The notes under the pieces are model-generated. The model saw only the letters and a program-made list of their open reading frames with translations. It was not told the DNA's origin and made no database searches. DNA of 64,000 nt from the IMG/VR virus record IMGVR_UViG_3300035182_002586, positions 1 to 64,000 of that record, one strand, 5' to 3'. Position numbers and translations under genes: made by a program. Within the stretch, counting starts at the first letter, position 1, and every line of letters starts with the position of its first letter. Of the stretch, positions 54,555 to 63,215 are shown one piece after another.

Positions 54555-55877
54555 TCAACCCGTCGCTTCGGCCGGCGTAACGACGATGAGAGGGCGACGC
54601 GTGACCTCCGCCGCCTTCTCGCCTTTCACGACATCCGCCGTAACGGTGATCGAAGCGATCGTCGCGTCGCTAGGGGCATCGAACGAGTAGGGGCGAAGCA
54701 GGTCCTCGACGATCGACCGGAGGGCTCGGGCACCCGTCGGACGCGACTTCGCGAGGCGGCCGATCTCCAAGAGTGCGTCGTCCGTGAACACGAGGTCGAT
54801 GTTGTCGTAGGCAAAGAGGGCTCGGAACTGCTTGATGATCGAGTGCTTCGGCTCCGTGAGGACGCGCACCATGTCCGTGTCCGTCAGCGGGAGCGTCGAC
54901 GTGCGGACCGGGAGGCGGCCGAGCAGCTCGGGGATGATCCCGAAGTCCAGGATGTCCTCCTCCGTGATCGCCGAGTACACGTCGGTGAGGTCGAGCTTGC
55001 GCTTCGTACTCTCGTTGGCCCCGAAGCCCAAACGGGAACTCTTGTTGATGCGACGGTCGACCGTCTCCTGGATACCGTCGAACGACCCCGCGCAGACGAA
55101 CAGCACGTTGGTGGTGTCCAGCATGTCGAGGCTCGGTTTGGCCGTCCCGTCCGCGCCGATCGTGATGACAGTGCCGCCCTTCCCCATGCCGCGAGGCACC
55201 GGGACCATCGAGCCCTCGATGAGCTTGAGGAGGGACTGCTGCACGCCCTCTCCGCTCACGTCTCGGTAGCCGGAGGCGCCGCGCCCCGACTTGCGCGCGA
55301 GCTTGTCGAACTCGTCGATGAAAATGATGCCCCACTGCGCCTTCTCCGGGTCGCCGTTGGCCGCCTGGAGGAGCCCCTGGAGCATGCTCTCCACGTCGTC
55401 CCCCACGTATCCCGCCTGCGTCAGGCGGGTCGCATCGGCCACGTAGAAGGGCACCTTGAGCATCCGGGCGATGGCCCGGAACAGCTCGGTCTTGCCCGTA
55501 CCGGAGGGCCCGAGGAGCATGATGTTGCTCTTCTGGATCTCGACCCCTTCGGCCTTCTCGATCTTCGCGGCACGAGCACGGTCTCGCCGCTTGAAGTGGT
55601 TGTAGACCGCGACGGCCACGTCCTGCTTCGCTCGCTCTTGGGCGATGACGTGCTGGTCGAGAAACGCCTTGATCTCCCGGGGCTTGCGGAGCGGCTCTTC
55701 CTTGACCGTGGCCTTCTGACGGTGACGGTTCTCCGCCTCCATCGCCTCAGCGATCTCCCCGTTGCAACGGTCGCAGATCAGGACTTCGCCGCCCTGCTTG
55801 AGCGGTGCCGCGATGAGGTTGCGCACCTCGTTGCTGGCACGGTGGCAGACGTTACAGCGAAGGATCTCGTTGGCCAT
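54555..55877 (-). CDS. clpX: ATP-dependent Clp protease ATP-binding subunit ClpX
   Basis: C4 Zn domain, KSNI.LLGPSGTGKT, AGYVGDDVE, DEFDK, RDVSGEGVQQ, LGF loop, TGARALR. Confidence 0.95.
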   Translation of the reverse strand: MANEILRCNVCHRASNEVRNLIAAPLKQGGEVLICDRCNGEIAEAMEAENRHRQKATVKEEPLRKPREIKAFLDQHVIAQERAKQDVAVAVYNHFKRRDRARAAKIEKAEGVEIQKSNIMLLGPSGTGKTELFRAIARMLKVPFYVADATRLTQAGYVGDDVESMLQGLLQAANGDPEKAQWGIIFIDEFDKLARKSGRGASGYRDVSGEGVQQSLLKLIEGSMVPVPRGMGKGGTVITIGADGTAKPSLDMLDTTNVLFVCAGSFDGIQETVDRRINKSSRLGFGANESTKRKLDLTDVYSAITEEDILDFGIIPELLGRLPVRTSTLPLTDTDMVRVLTEPKHSIIKQFRALFAYDNIDLVFTDDALLEIGRLAKSRPTGARALRSIVEDLLRPYSFDAPSDATIASITVTADVVKGEKAAEVTRRPLIVVTPAEATG

Positions 55878-55898
55878 GGGGGATCTTACACCGGGGGT

Positions 55899-56495
55899 TC
55901 AGGCAGCAGCGTAAGGCTTGGGGTCGTACTTGCACAGGAGCATGGGCGTGCTTTCGAGCCCCTGCGGAAAGTGCTGCAACACCCTCTGTTGATAGTCGTT
56001 CGGCTCCCACTCGGGGTTGGCCGCCTTGTACTTGAGCAGAAACTCCGCCTCGTATGCACGAGCCCGGATCTGCACCTTGCCAGGGGGACTGATGCGCCCG
56101 TTCCAGTAGTCCACGGCCTGGCTGCCGAGGAAGATGAGCGCCCCCGTCTGCATGACAGGATCCTCCTCGATTCTCCTGACCCACTCGACGGGCAAGAGAA
56201 TCAGGGCCCGGGTTGCGTCCCCCGCCCGCACGACGGTGAAAGAAGGGGTTGCCACGGGGCCGAGAGCCGACTCGACAACCCGGTGCTTCACCAGGTCCCA
56301 CACGATCGACATGAGACGGCGGATGTTCGGGTCGGGGAACTGCGACCGGAGGAGGTGCACGGACGCCGTGAAGAGGCTTTCCACAGTCTTCACGTTGGCA
56401 TACTCCGCAGAATCGTGCGGCATTTCCTCGACGTTTTTCGACTGGCGGAGGATCTCCGCGAACCGTTCCGCCCAGCTCGGTGCGCCCGTAGTCAT
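55899..56495 (-). CDS. hypothetical protein
   Basis: ATG 13 nt after GGTGTA. Confidence 0.7.
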   Translation of the reverse strand: MTTGAPSWAERFAEILRQSKNVEEMPHDSAEYANVKTVESLFTASVHLLRSQFPDPNIRRLMSIVWDLVKHRVVESALGPVATPSFTVVRAGDATRALILLPVEWVRRIEEDPVMQTGALIFLGSQAVDYWNGRISPPGKVQIRARAYEAEFLLKYKAANPEWEPNDYQQRVLQHFPQGLESTPMLLCKYDPKPYAAA

Positions 56496-56502
56496 CGATC
56501 TA

Positions 56503-56512
56503 GGTGTACACC
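56503..56512. promoter_or_regulatory. palindromic GGTGTACACC bidirectional motif
   Basis: Perfect 10-bp palindrome; each half lies 13 nt from a divergent ATG (56495 and 56520). Confidence 0.7.
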
Positions 56513-56519
56513 GGGGAGC

Positions 56520-56857
56520 ATGACGGCCCCCGTCTGCTCGACGAACCTCTCTTGGTCGCGTCAGGTCAGGGGATCCAAAGGCGACCTCTACAACGTGACG
56601 TTCGGGGAGAGGTACGACAGCACCGTCGGGTGGTCCTGTACCTGCCCCGACTACCGGCTCCGCCGCCAAGCCAAGGGTGAGGTCTGCAAGCACATCCGGG
56701 TCGCGAGTAGCTGGCGGTGCTGCTGGAACGCCGAGCTGGACCCTACCAGAACCCTACCAGAACCGTCCCCGCAGACGGGCTCTGCCCTCTTTGTCGGGCG
56801 AAGATCGTGTGGGCCGAAGCGCTACCTGATCAATTTCGTTCTATCACAGGTGGGTGA
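56520..56857 (+). pseudogene. SWIM Zn-finger protein, frameshifted by an 11-bp duplication
   Basis: CTCPDY...CKHI; removing one ACCCTACCAGA copy restores a CPLC-containing C-terminus ending at TGA 56857. Confidence 0.65.
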
Positions 56858-56858
56858 T

Positions 56859-57254
56859 ATGGATCCGAGCCACCCCGCCTGGAAGGCCAAGTCCGCCTCG
56901 ATGTTCGACGACTCGCTCTGGATCGCCATCCAGAACGCCTTCCACGGATGGGCCGACCACGTGTTTCTCCCCATCCTCTCGAAAGACCTCAAGGGAGCGT
57001 GGAGTATCGACAGTAGCCATCCGGCGGCGCTGAACCAGATGCAGGTCTCCTGCGCCCTGTCAGCGGCGGACGGGTCGAAGCTCAACGTCTACCTCGGCCT
57101 CGACGGGTCGCTGCACATCAGCATCTTCGCCGCGTACTACGCCCCCGGCGCGCGTGACGTGACCGAGCGATACAAGGGCAAGATCGACTCGTTCTCGGGG
57201 TCGCACGCGGCATCCAGTGTTGCCCACGAGATGAACGCCGCGTTCAAGATCTAG
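56859..57254 (+). CDS. hypothetical protein
   Basis: ATG with AGGTGGG RBS; TTCTATC motif upstream. Confidence 0.65.
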   Translation: MDPSHPAWKAKSASMFDDSLWIAIQNAFHGWADHVFLPILSKDLKGAWSIDSSHPAALNQMQVSCALSAADGSKLNVYLGLDGSLHISIFAAYYAPGARDVTERYKGKIDSFSGSHAASSVAHEMNAAFKI

Positions 57255-57430
57255 TTCTTCGCGTCTCCAGCACACAAGACAGCACAGAGGTCCTCGATCA
57301 TTTCGAGGACCTCTGCGTCTTTCGTGGCGTCCAAAGGCGGAGGAAGACGGCCGACGTACTTCGGCTCCCCTTGGATGTAGATCGTCCCACCGGGGAGCTT
57401 GGTCACCGTGTGCTTGCTCTTGACGCTCAC
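57251..57430 (-). CDS. 59-aa hypothetical protein (not in ORF track)
   Basis: MSVKSKHTVTKLPGGTIYIQGEPKYVG...; GTG 12 nt after GGTGTA. Confidence 0.55.
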   Translation of the reverse strand: MSVKSKHTVTKLPGGTIYIQGEPKYVGRLPPPLDATKDAEVLEMIEDLCAVLCAGDAKN

Positions 57431-57452
57431 GGTGAACCCCTACACCGGACGG

Positions 57453-59264
57453 TCAGAAGCGGTTGTCTTCTCCGCCCCCACCCTCACCCTCAGGCTTCTT
57501 CTTCATCTTGAGCTTGAGATAGTGGGCGATGCGTTCGGCGATGTCCGTCTCCTCGGCGAGCTTACCCGCGACGCCCGTGGAGATACCACGGATGACCTCG
57601 TTGAACGTGGAGTCGTTCACCGTGAACATGTCTTCTTCGAGCTTCTTCTTCGTGTCCACCGGATCGATGTTGAACATCTCCAGGATGACGTCGATCGGCA
57701 CTGACCCCTTGATGTAGAGGTTGTTGAGGGCGTCGAACGTGTCCTGCGAGTCGCGCAGCGGCAGACGCGTGAACGTGAGCTTCGGGTAGAGGACGATCTC
57801 CTCCCCCCACTTGTCCTTCTCCACGAACCCCTTGCGCCGTGCGACGGGCTTGAAGAGATACTCTTCCACGTACTCCTGGAGCACGTCGCGGAGGAACATG
57901 TAGCGCGAGTTGATGACTTCGAGCTTGAGACGGTCGCCCGAGAAGAGGGTCTCGCCACTCATCAGCGACTCGGTGACGCCGAGCCCCGTGATGAGGTGCT
58001 TGTCCGTGATCTCGTACTCACCTGAGAGGTCGAGGAGGCGGTCCTTGCTGCCCATCTCCTCCCAGTGAACCTCGTAGTTCGCGACGATCGAGTAGTCCGG
58101 GTCCACGAGTGCAAGGTCAACCTGCTCGCGAAGCTGGTCGGTGTCGGACTCTGAGATACGGTCTCCCCAGACGATGCGCTTCGGGGTCATCGCACGGCTG
58201 GCGATCTGCGTCTGCGCCTGGCGGAGCTTCTCCTTGTAATAGAGGTCGCGGAGGCAGCGGTCGAGGATGGACTGGCCGAGTTCGTCCGTCGCACCACGAC
58301 GACCGGCGAGGTGGTAGACGAACGAGCCCTCGTCGGGGTCCGTACCAAGCGGGATCAAGCGTCCGCGCTCGATGTGCTCGCGCACCTCTTCGGGGATCTC
58401 TTGGGCCATCTGCTCGGCGATGGGGTCGCCGCCCATGCGCGCCTGCTCGATGAGCCCACGGTCTCGGTCGGAGGGGATCAGCTCGATGCGAACCTTGTCC
58501 GTGAAGCTGTACGTGGTGACCTTCACCTGGTCGAGGGGCATGATGATCAGGCGATCCCACCCCTTGTACTGCTTCCGGTAGTGGTTCAGCTCCTCTTCCT
58601 GACGGTTGGCCTTCTCGACCCACTCCGTCGACTCCTCCTCCATCGTCTCGCCGTCATCGGAAAGAACATCCCTCTTGACGACTCTCTGCTCGTAACCGAT
58701 CTCCGGAGGGAGCGGCACCTCTGAGTCTTCGGCGAAGATGAATGCGTTGCCGTCGAGCCAGTAGTGGTGAACTGCGGTGATCAAGCGCTGGAAGAGCTTG
58801 ATCCGCTTGCACATGCGATCGAAGAAGTTGAAGATGTACTTGCCGTAGTCGTCCGGCGAATCGAAGCCCTTCGGGCATGTACGCGGCTTCGGGGCCGCGA
58901 GTCTGACCTTCGAGAGCGGCAGCTCCGTGTGCAGGTCGATGGCCTGCCCGACCAGGGGGTCAGAGTTGTAGAAGTGTCGGTAGATCTCCCGCTTCTCGCG
59001 GAGGCTCTGCGGCAGCTCCAGGAAGTCGGTCGAGAGCTGCGGGGAGAAGAAGTTCGAGCCCGTGGAGATGGAGGTGTTCATCCCCATCCCGCCACCAGCC
59101 ATGGCCATGTCGAGGGCCGCGCCACGCTGGTTGAAGTTCGGGCCTCCCCCTGAGGGTCGGTTGAAAGTCCCCGTTCCCGTCCCAGCCGTTCGGCTGAACA
59201 CGTTGGGGCGGCTCACCATCCGGGCCTGACGGCGAGCCTCTCGCTCCTTGTCGGTGAGAGGCAT
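57453..59264 (-). CDS. phage portal protein
   Basis: About 600 aa, downstream of TerL; portal-like segments (FYNSDPLVGQAIDLH, HYWLDGNAFI, GQSILDRC, ITGLGV...L.SG). Confidence 0.7.
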   Translation of the reverse strand: MPLTDKEREARRQARMVSRPNVFSRTAGTGTGTFNRPSGGGPNFNQRGAALDMAMAGGGMGMNTSISTGSNFFSPQLSTDFLELPQSLREKREIYRHFYNSDPLVGQAIDLHTELPLSKVRLAAPKPRTCPKGFDSPDDYGKYIFNFFDRMCKRIKLFQRLITAVHHYWLDGNAFIFAEDSEVPLPPEIGYEQRVVKRDVLSDDGETMEEESTEWVEKANRQEEELNHYRKQYKGWDRLIIMPLDQVKVTTYSFTDKVRIELIPSDRDRGLIEQARMGGDPIAEQMAQEIPEEVREHIERGRLIPLGTDPDEGSFVYHLAGRRGATDELGQSILDRCLRDLYYKEKLRQAQTQIASRAMTPKRIVWGDRISESDTDQLREQVDLALVDPDYSIVANYEVHWEEMGSKDRLLDLSGEYEITDKHLITGLGVTESLMSGETLFSGDRLKLEVINSRYMFLRDVLQEYVEEYLFKPVARRKGFVEKDKWGEEIVLYPKLTFTRLPLRDSQDTFDALNNLYIKGSVPIDVILEMFNIDPVDTKKKLEEDMFTVNDSTFNEVIRGISTGVAGKLAEETDIAERIAHYLKLKMKKKPEGEGGGGEDNRF

Positions 59265-59355
59265 CGTGTGGTGTCCCCCGCTCGACGTGTAACCGCCAAT
59301 GCGCGAGGAGACCGTCGGGACGACGACCTGCCGCTGAGGCGAAACGTTCGTGAAG

Positions 59356-59829
59356 CTACCGGGAGGCATCGTCAACCAGCTCCTTGCCGTACAGTTCAAT
59401 CAAATCATCCATCGGCTCCCCCTCCGAACCCGACGGGCGAGTGACCGCAGAGGGGCTCATCGCCTCCTGCCGGGCCTCACGGGCCCGCCTCTGCTCGGTA
59501 GCCTCCCGGCGCCTCCGTTCCTGCTCTTCCCGCTGTTTCTCCTCCGCAAGGCTCCGGTGGCCCTCGTCGAGCATCCGGTCCGCCATCTCGGTGCGACGCA
59601 CAGCCTGTTGGACAAGGCCGGCAACACGTGCCCAGGCGTTGGCGTAGACCACGTGCATGGCCGCAACAGGGTCCGCCGAAGCGCGGCGGCCGTCACGTCT
59701 GGACCGCTCCAGAAGCGCCTTACACAGCTCCCCCATCCGCGCGGTCCCGCGCGTGATCCCTCCGTGGATCGCCCGGATTTCCGTGACGATCTCCGCGTAG
59801 GACATCTGTTGAGGGTTGTTGGAAGGCAT
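59356..59829 (-). CDS. hypothetical coiled-coil protein (head module)
   Basis: Between TerL and portal. Confidence 0.65.
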   Translation of the reverse strand: MPSNNPQQMSYAEIVTEIRAIHGGITRGTARMGELCKALLERSRRDGRRASADPVAAMHVVYANAWARVAGLVQQAVRRTEMADRMLDEGHRSLAEEKQREEQERRRREATEQRRAREARQEAMSPSAVTRPSGSEGEPMDDLIELYGKELVDDASR

Positions 59830-59835
59830 AAGGTC

Positions 59836-60354
59836 CTAGATGATGGTCTGAATCCCGAGGAACTGCCGGTTAATGGTGCTTGGAACCTGCGCTACGAACC
59901 CAACAGGGAGGGCCGGCGCCCTTGGATCTGCGGTGAGAGACAGCTCGTCTTCTTTGGTGAAGAGGCCGCGAAGGCTAAAGTAAAGCTCCTCCTGCGATCC
60001 GTAAAGGAGGGGAACGAGCGGACCCCCTCCAATCCTCGATGCGTACGTGTAGCGCTCGTACGAAGACGTGGAAATCAGGCTCGATCCCGAGACCATGACT
60101 CCGTACTTGTACGTGGGAAACTGGCGCGTCGACGCGATGTACTGGTCCGCCGGCTCGTCGCTCCCCCACAGGAGAAAGCCCCCAAAGCGCCCGGAAGAGT
60201 AGGTCACTACCCGGTCGTCCACCGACACGTCGACCCACTCGACGCCCTGACCCCCCGGCCACCCGTTGTTCACCATCGCCTGCGAGACCGTGACGGCGTA
60301 GATGTCCCCCCTCACGAGGAGCACACAGTCACGGGAACGAAGGATCTCGGGCAT
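59836..60354 (-). CDS. putative structural protein, paralog B
   Basis: Strong similarity to the adjacent 60364..60885. Confidence 0.75.
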   Translation of the reverse strand: MPEILRSRDCVLLVRGDIYAVTVSQAMVNNGWPGGQGVEWVDVSVDDRVVTYSSGRFGGFLLWGSDEPADQYIASTRQFPTYKYGVMVSGSSLISTSSYERYTYASRIGGGPLVPLLYGSQEELYFSLRGLFTKEDELSLTADPRAPALPVGFVAQVPSTINRQFLGIQTII

Positions 60355-60363
60355 CGGTAGTCC

Positions 60364-60885
60364 TCAGAACGAGGTTTGAATCGTGATGTAGTTGGAGGTA
60401 ACCCCTGTGGGGGACTGCGAGACGAACCCCACGATGTTCTCGTTCGGGGCTCGAATGTCCCCCGACAGTGCCCACTCGTCCTCCACTGTCCAGAGGCCCC
60501 GGAGGCTGAACCTGAGGTGGTCACTGGCCGTGTAGGTGAGCGGAACCAGAGGGCCGCCACCCGTACGTGAGGCGTACGTGTAGCGCTCGAACGCCACGGT
60601 CATGATGAGCCAGCGTCCGAAGGCCATCGTACCCGCACGGTACGTGGGCTGGTTCATTGTCATCGACGTGAACTGGTCGGCCGACTCGTTCGACCCCCAG
60701 ATCATGAAGCCCGCCACCTCCCCATCGGAGAGTTCGACCTCGAAGTCGTCCTTCGTGGACCCTGCCCACCGAACCCCGGTCCCACCTACCCACCCGGCAG
60801 TGGACATGGAGCTGGACAAGGTGGGCGTGATCGAGCGTCCCCGGGAGAGGATGATCAGATCACGGGATCGCGGGTTCTCGGACAT
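60364..60885 (-). CDS. putative structural protein, paralog A
   Basis: Shares WGS.E.ADQ, ERYTYASR.GGGPLVPL, FSLRGL.T.EDE with paralog B. Confidence 0.75.
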   Translation of the reverse strand: MSENPRSRDLIILSRGRSITPTLSSSMSTAGWVGGTGVRWAGSTKDDFEVELSDGEVAGFMIWGSNESADQFTSMTMNQPTYRAGTMAFGRWLIMTVAFERYTYASRTGGGPLVPLTYTASDHLRFSLRGLWTVEDEWALSGDIRAPNENIVGFVSQSPTGVTSNYITIQTSF

Positions 60886-61142
60886 CAGACCACCACGTCA
60901 GAGTCCTTGACTCGTCCAGGCATCTTCCCCCACGCCAACACCACATCCTTGAGCAGCTCCAGGTGGTGGATGTCCCCCTGCTCGATCATGCTCCACTGGC
61001 CGCCGAGCTTCCGAAACACCACACGCATGGCGATGTAGTCCCACGGGTGGACTGTCATGTCCGGCGCCAGCATGTGCGAGATGAACTGCCGGATCACATG
61101 GTTGGCGAAGACCAACGGCGGCGGAAGCGGATCATCGTACAT
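60885..61142 (-). CDS. hypothetical protein
   Basis: TGATG overlap with paralog A. Confidence 0.6.
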   Translation of the reverse strand: MYDDPLPPPLVFANHVIRQFISHMLAPDMTVHPWDYIAMRVVFRKLGGQWSMIEQGDIHHLELLKDVVLAWGKMPGRVKDSDVVV

Positions 61143-61176
61143 AGGCTGCCCTCAAGAGGGCTTTGAGAGAAGAGGT

Positions 61177-63204
61177 TTACCGGCGGAACCGGAGACCGAG
61201 GCTCTTCGGGACGGCCCGCTCCGAGAAACCCCCGTGCATACGGGCTCGGGAGAGCTGATAGGCCCCCGTTCCCGCCGCCCGCGAGATGGTCGGTGTGGCT
61301 GTTGCTCCGTAAAGCGCGCGCCCTTGACCGAGCCTCTCCACAGAGAGCCAGACCGAACGTACAAGGGCGTCGCTCATGTCGTCGTGCTTGCCCTTCGGGG
61401 CCTCGACTTCGACGATGTTCTTGCTCACCTGCTCGGCTTGGAGAGTCATCAGCTCTGTGATGAGCGGGGAGTGCTTCAAGTTGTCCCCCACGCCTGCCGG
61501 GGGCGGCCAGTCGTAGAGACGAAGCTTGCGGTCGTACATGAGCAGCTTCGTCGCCTGGAACATCTGCGACGTGTCCATCTTCTGGAAACGCTCAGACCGG
61601 AACTGCTTGAGGCCGCGCTTGTGGAGGTTCTGCTCCAGTGAGAGCCCCTCCCACCGGTCGAAGATGACGTCGGTGATGTAGAAGCGCCTGCACATCACCT
61701 CCATCCAGTTGGCGATCTCGTCGAAGTCGAGGCGCTCCACGTCCCGGAGCGTGCGTGCGTACGGCGTCGTGAACTCGGTCAGGTGGGGGTTGGACTCCCG
61801 CCAGTCCGTACCCGCGTACCAGACCTCGTGATAGTCGATGACGATCACGTCGTCTTCCACGTGGGAAAGCACGAAGGCCGTACCGTCGCCGACAGCCGCG
61901 ACGTCGAGACCGCCCTGGTGCGGTGCCCGGGGGATGCCCTGGAGCCTCGGGCGATGCTCGGGGTCAATACAGGCGAGGAGGTCCTCGGGGCGTTCGATCC
62001 ACCCGCGCATACGGTCGGAGAAGCGCGCCCCGTGCTCCACCATGAAGCTGTTCGGGTCCGCGTGGAACCGCTGCCGGTAGTAGCTGATGGGGACCGACGG
62101 GTTGATCTCCCACGTCGGCATCTGGAGAGCGAGCATGTTCTCGGACCCCTCTCCCCTCGACATCGCGAGGTTGAAGAGGTCGAAGAACTGTCCCTGCTTG
62201 TTCAGGGGGGACGAGATGCAGATGATGCGGCTCTCGACCGGGTAGTCCGTCCCGTCGGGGTGCTTGAGCACCATCCCGTCCGGACCCTTCGGAGAGAAGG
62301 TCGCTGCGGAGGGCTGGACCGCCTTGTATATCTCCTCGGCCGAGGACCCACCTTCGTCGATGAAGTGAGCCATCTCGTCGAGGATGATGACGATGTTGCC
62401 CATACCACGGAGGCCCTTCGCGATACAGGGGCGGAACGTGACCCTGATCGAGGACTTGCCGTTGTAGCTGACGAACTTCCCGTCGGCGTGGCGGTTGTAC
62501 GTGCCGAAGGTGTCGAGGTCGAACGGTGTCTGGAGGTCTACGAACGTCTTGTTGTCGGAGAGCTTGTACGGGTGGAAGTACTCGCACCGCGCCATGTGAT
62601 TCGAGACTTCGCGGAAGAGAATCGCCGCCTGCTCCTTATCGGTAGCGACGCTGACGATCTGGATGGTGTTACCGTCCGGGAGACCGTAGTACTCCTGGGG
62701 GTTGTACATATTCAAGAGGCGGTAGACCTCGTACGAGGCGAAGATCGACGAGAGCATGGTCTTGCCCCCGCGACGCCCGATGGCGAGCACCAGCTCGCGT
62801 CGTTCGTGGTCCTGCTCTCGGATGTTGCAGCGTCCCTCGTCATAGAGGTGCCGCAGGTACTCCACCTCCGTGAAACGCCCTACGAGGTTCTCACGGAACA
62901 TGTCCCAGATCTCGATCGTCTTCTCCTTGTCATCGAGAGGGATGTGGTAGTAGAGCTTCACAATGAAGCGCTGGACTGGATAGAGCTTCCGATCCAGACC
63001 CCACTTGGACTCGATGTAGTCGATGACTGAGAAGATCTTGGGCTTCTTCGGCTGCGCCTGTCCTGTTGGGACGGGCATCATGGACGCGAGGTAGTCGTCG
63101 ACCTGAGGATCCTCGGTCCCGGTCCTCTCTGCTTCGACTTTGGCTTCTTGTGCGGCTTGGCGGAATAGCCCCGCCATCCCGCTGCCGCGTTTCGTGGCTG
63201 CCAT
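61177..63204 (-). CDS. terL: terminase large subunit
   Basis: Walker A GRRGGKT, Walker B IILDEMAH, ISSP, nuclease GLDVAAVGD, FD, HDDMSDA. Confidence 0.9.
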   Translation of the reverse strand: MAATKRGSGMAGLFRQAAQEAKVEAERTGTEDPQVDDYLASMMPVPTGQAQPKKPKIFSVIDYIESKWGLDRKLYPVQRFIVKLYYHIPLDDKEKTIEIWDMFRENLVGRFTEVEYLRHLYDEGRCNIREQDHERRELVLAIGRRGGKTMLSSIFASYEVYRLLNMYNPQEYYGLPDGNTIQIVSVATDKEQAAILFREVSNHMARCEYFHPYKLSDNKTFVDLQTPFDLDTFGTYNRHADGKFVSYNGKSSIRVTFRPCIAKGLRGMGNIVIILDEMAHFIDEGGSSAEEIYKAVQPSAATFSPKGPDGMVLKHPDGTDYPVESRIICISSPLNKQGQFFDLFNLAMSRGEGSENMLALQMPTWEINPSVPISYYRQRFHADPNSFMVEHGARFSDRMRGWIERPEDLLACIDPEHRPRLQGIPRAPHQGGLDVAAVGDGTAFVLSHVEDDVIVIDYHEVWYAGTDWRESNPHLTEFTTPYARTLRDVERLDFDEIANWMEVMCRRFYITDVIFDRWEGLSLEQNLHKRGLKQFRSERFQKMDTSQMFQATKLLMYDRKLRLYDWPPPAGVGDNLKHSPLITELMTLQAEQVSKNIVEVEAPKGKHDDMSDALVRSVWLSVERLGQGRALYGATATPTISRAAGTGAYQLSRARMHGGFSERAVPKSLGLRFRR

Positions 63205-63215
63205 TCAGGATCCGA

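Noticed and set aside
54318-56519. N-terminal ~730 aa of the 978-aa plus-strand ORF
   Set aside because: Antisense to clpX and 55899..56495; only the part from ATG 56520 looks real.
6779-63030. Other long antisense ORFs (e.g. 6779..8461, 16554..17978, 29242..30882, 30919..32127, 49781..51010, 61783..63030)
   Set aside because: Each lies opposite a gene with recognisable motifs or start signals.
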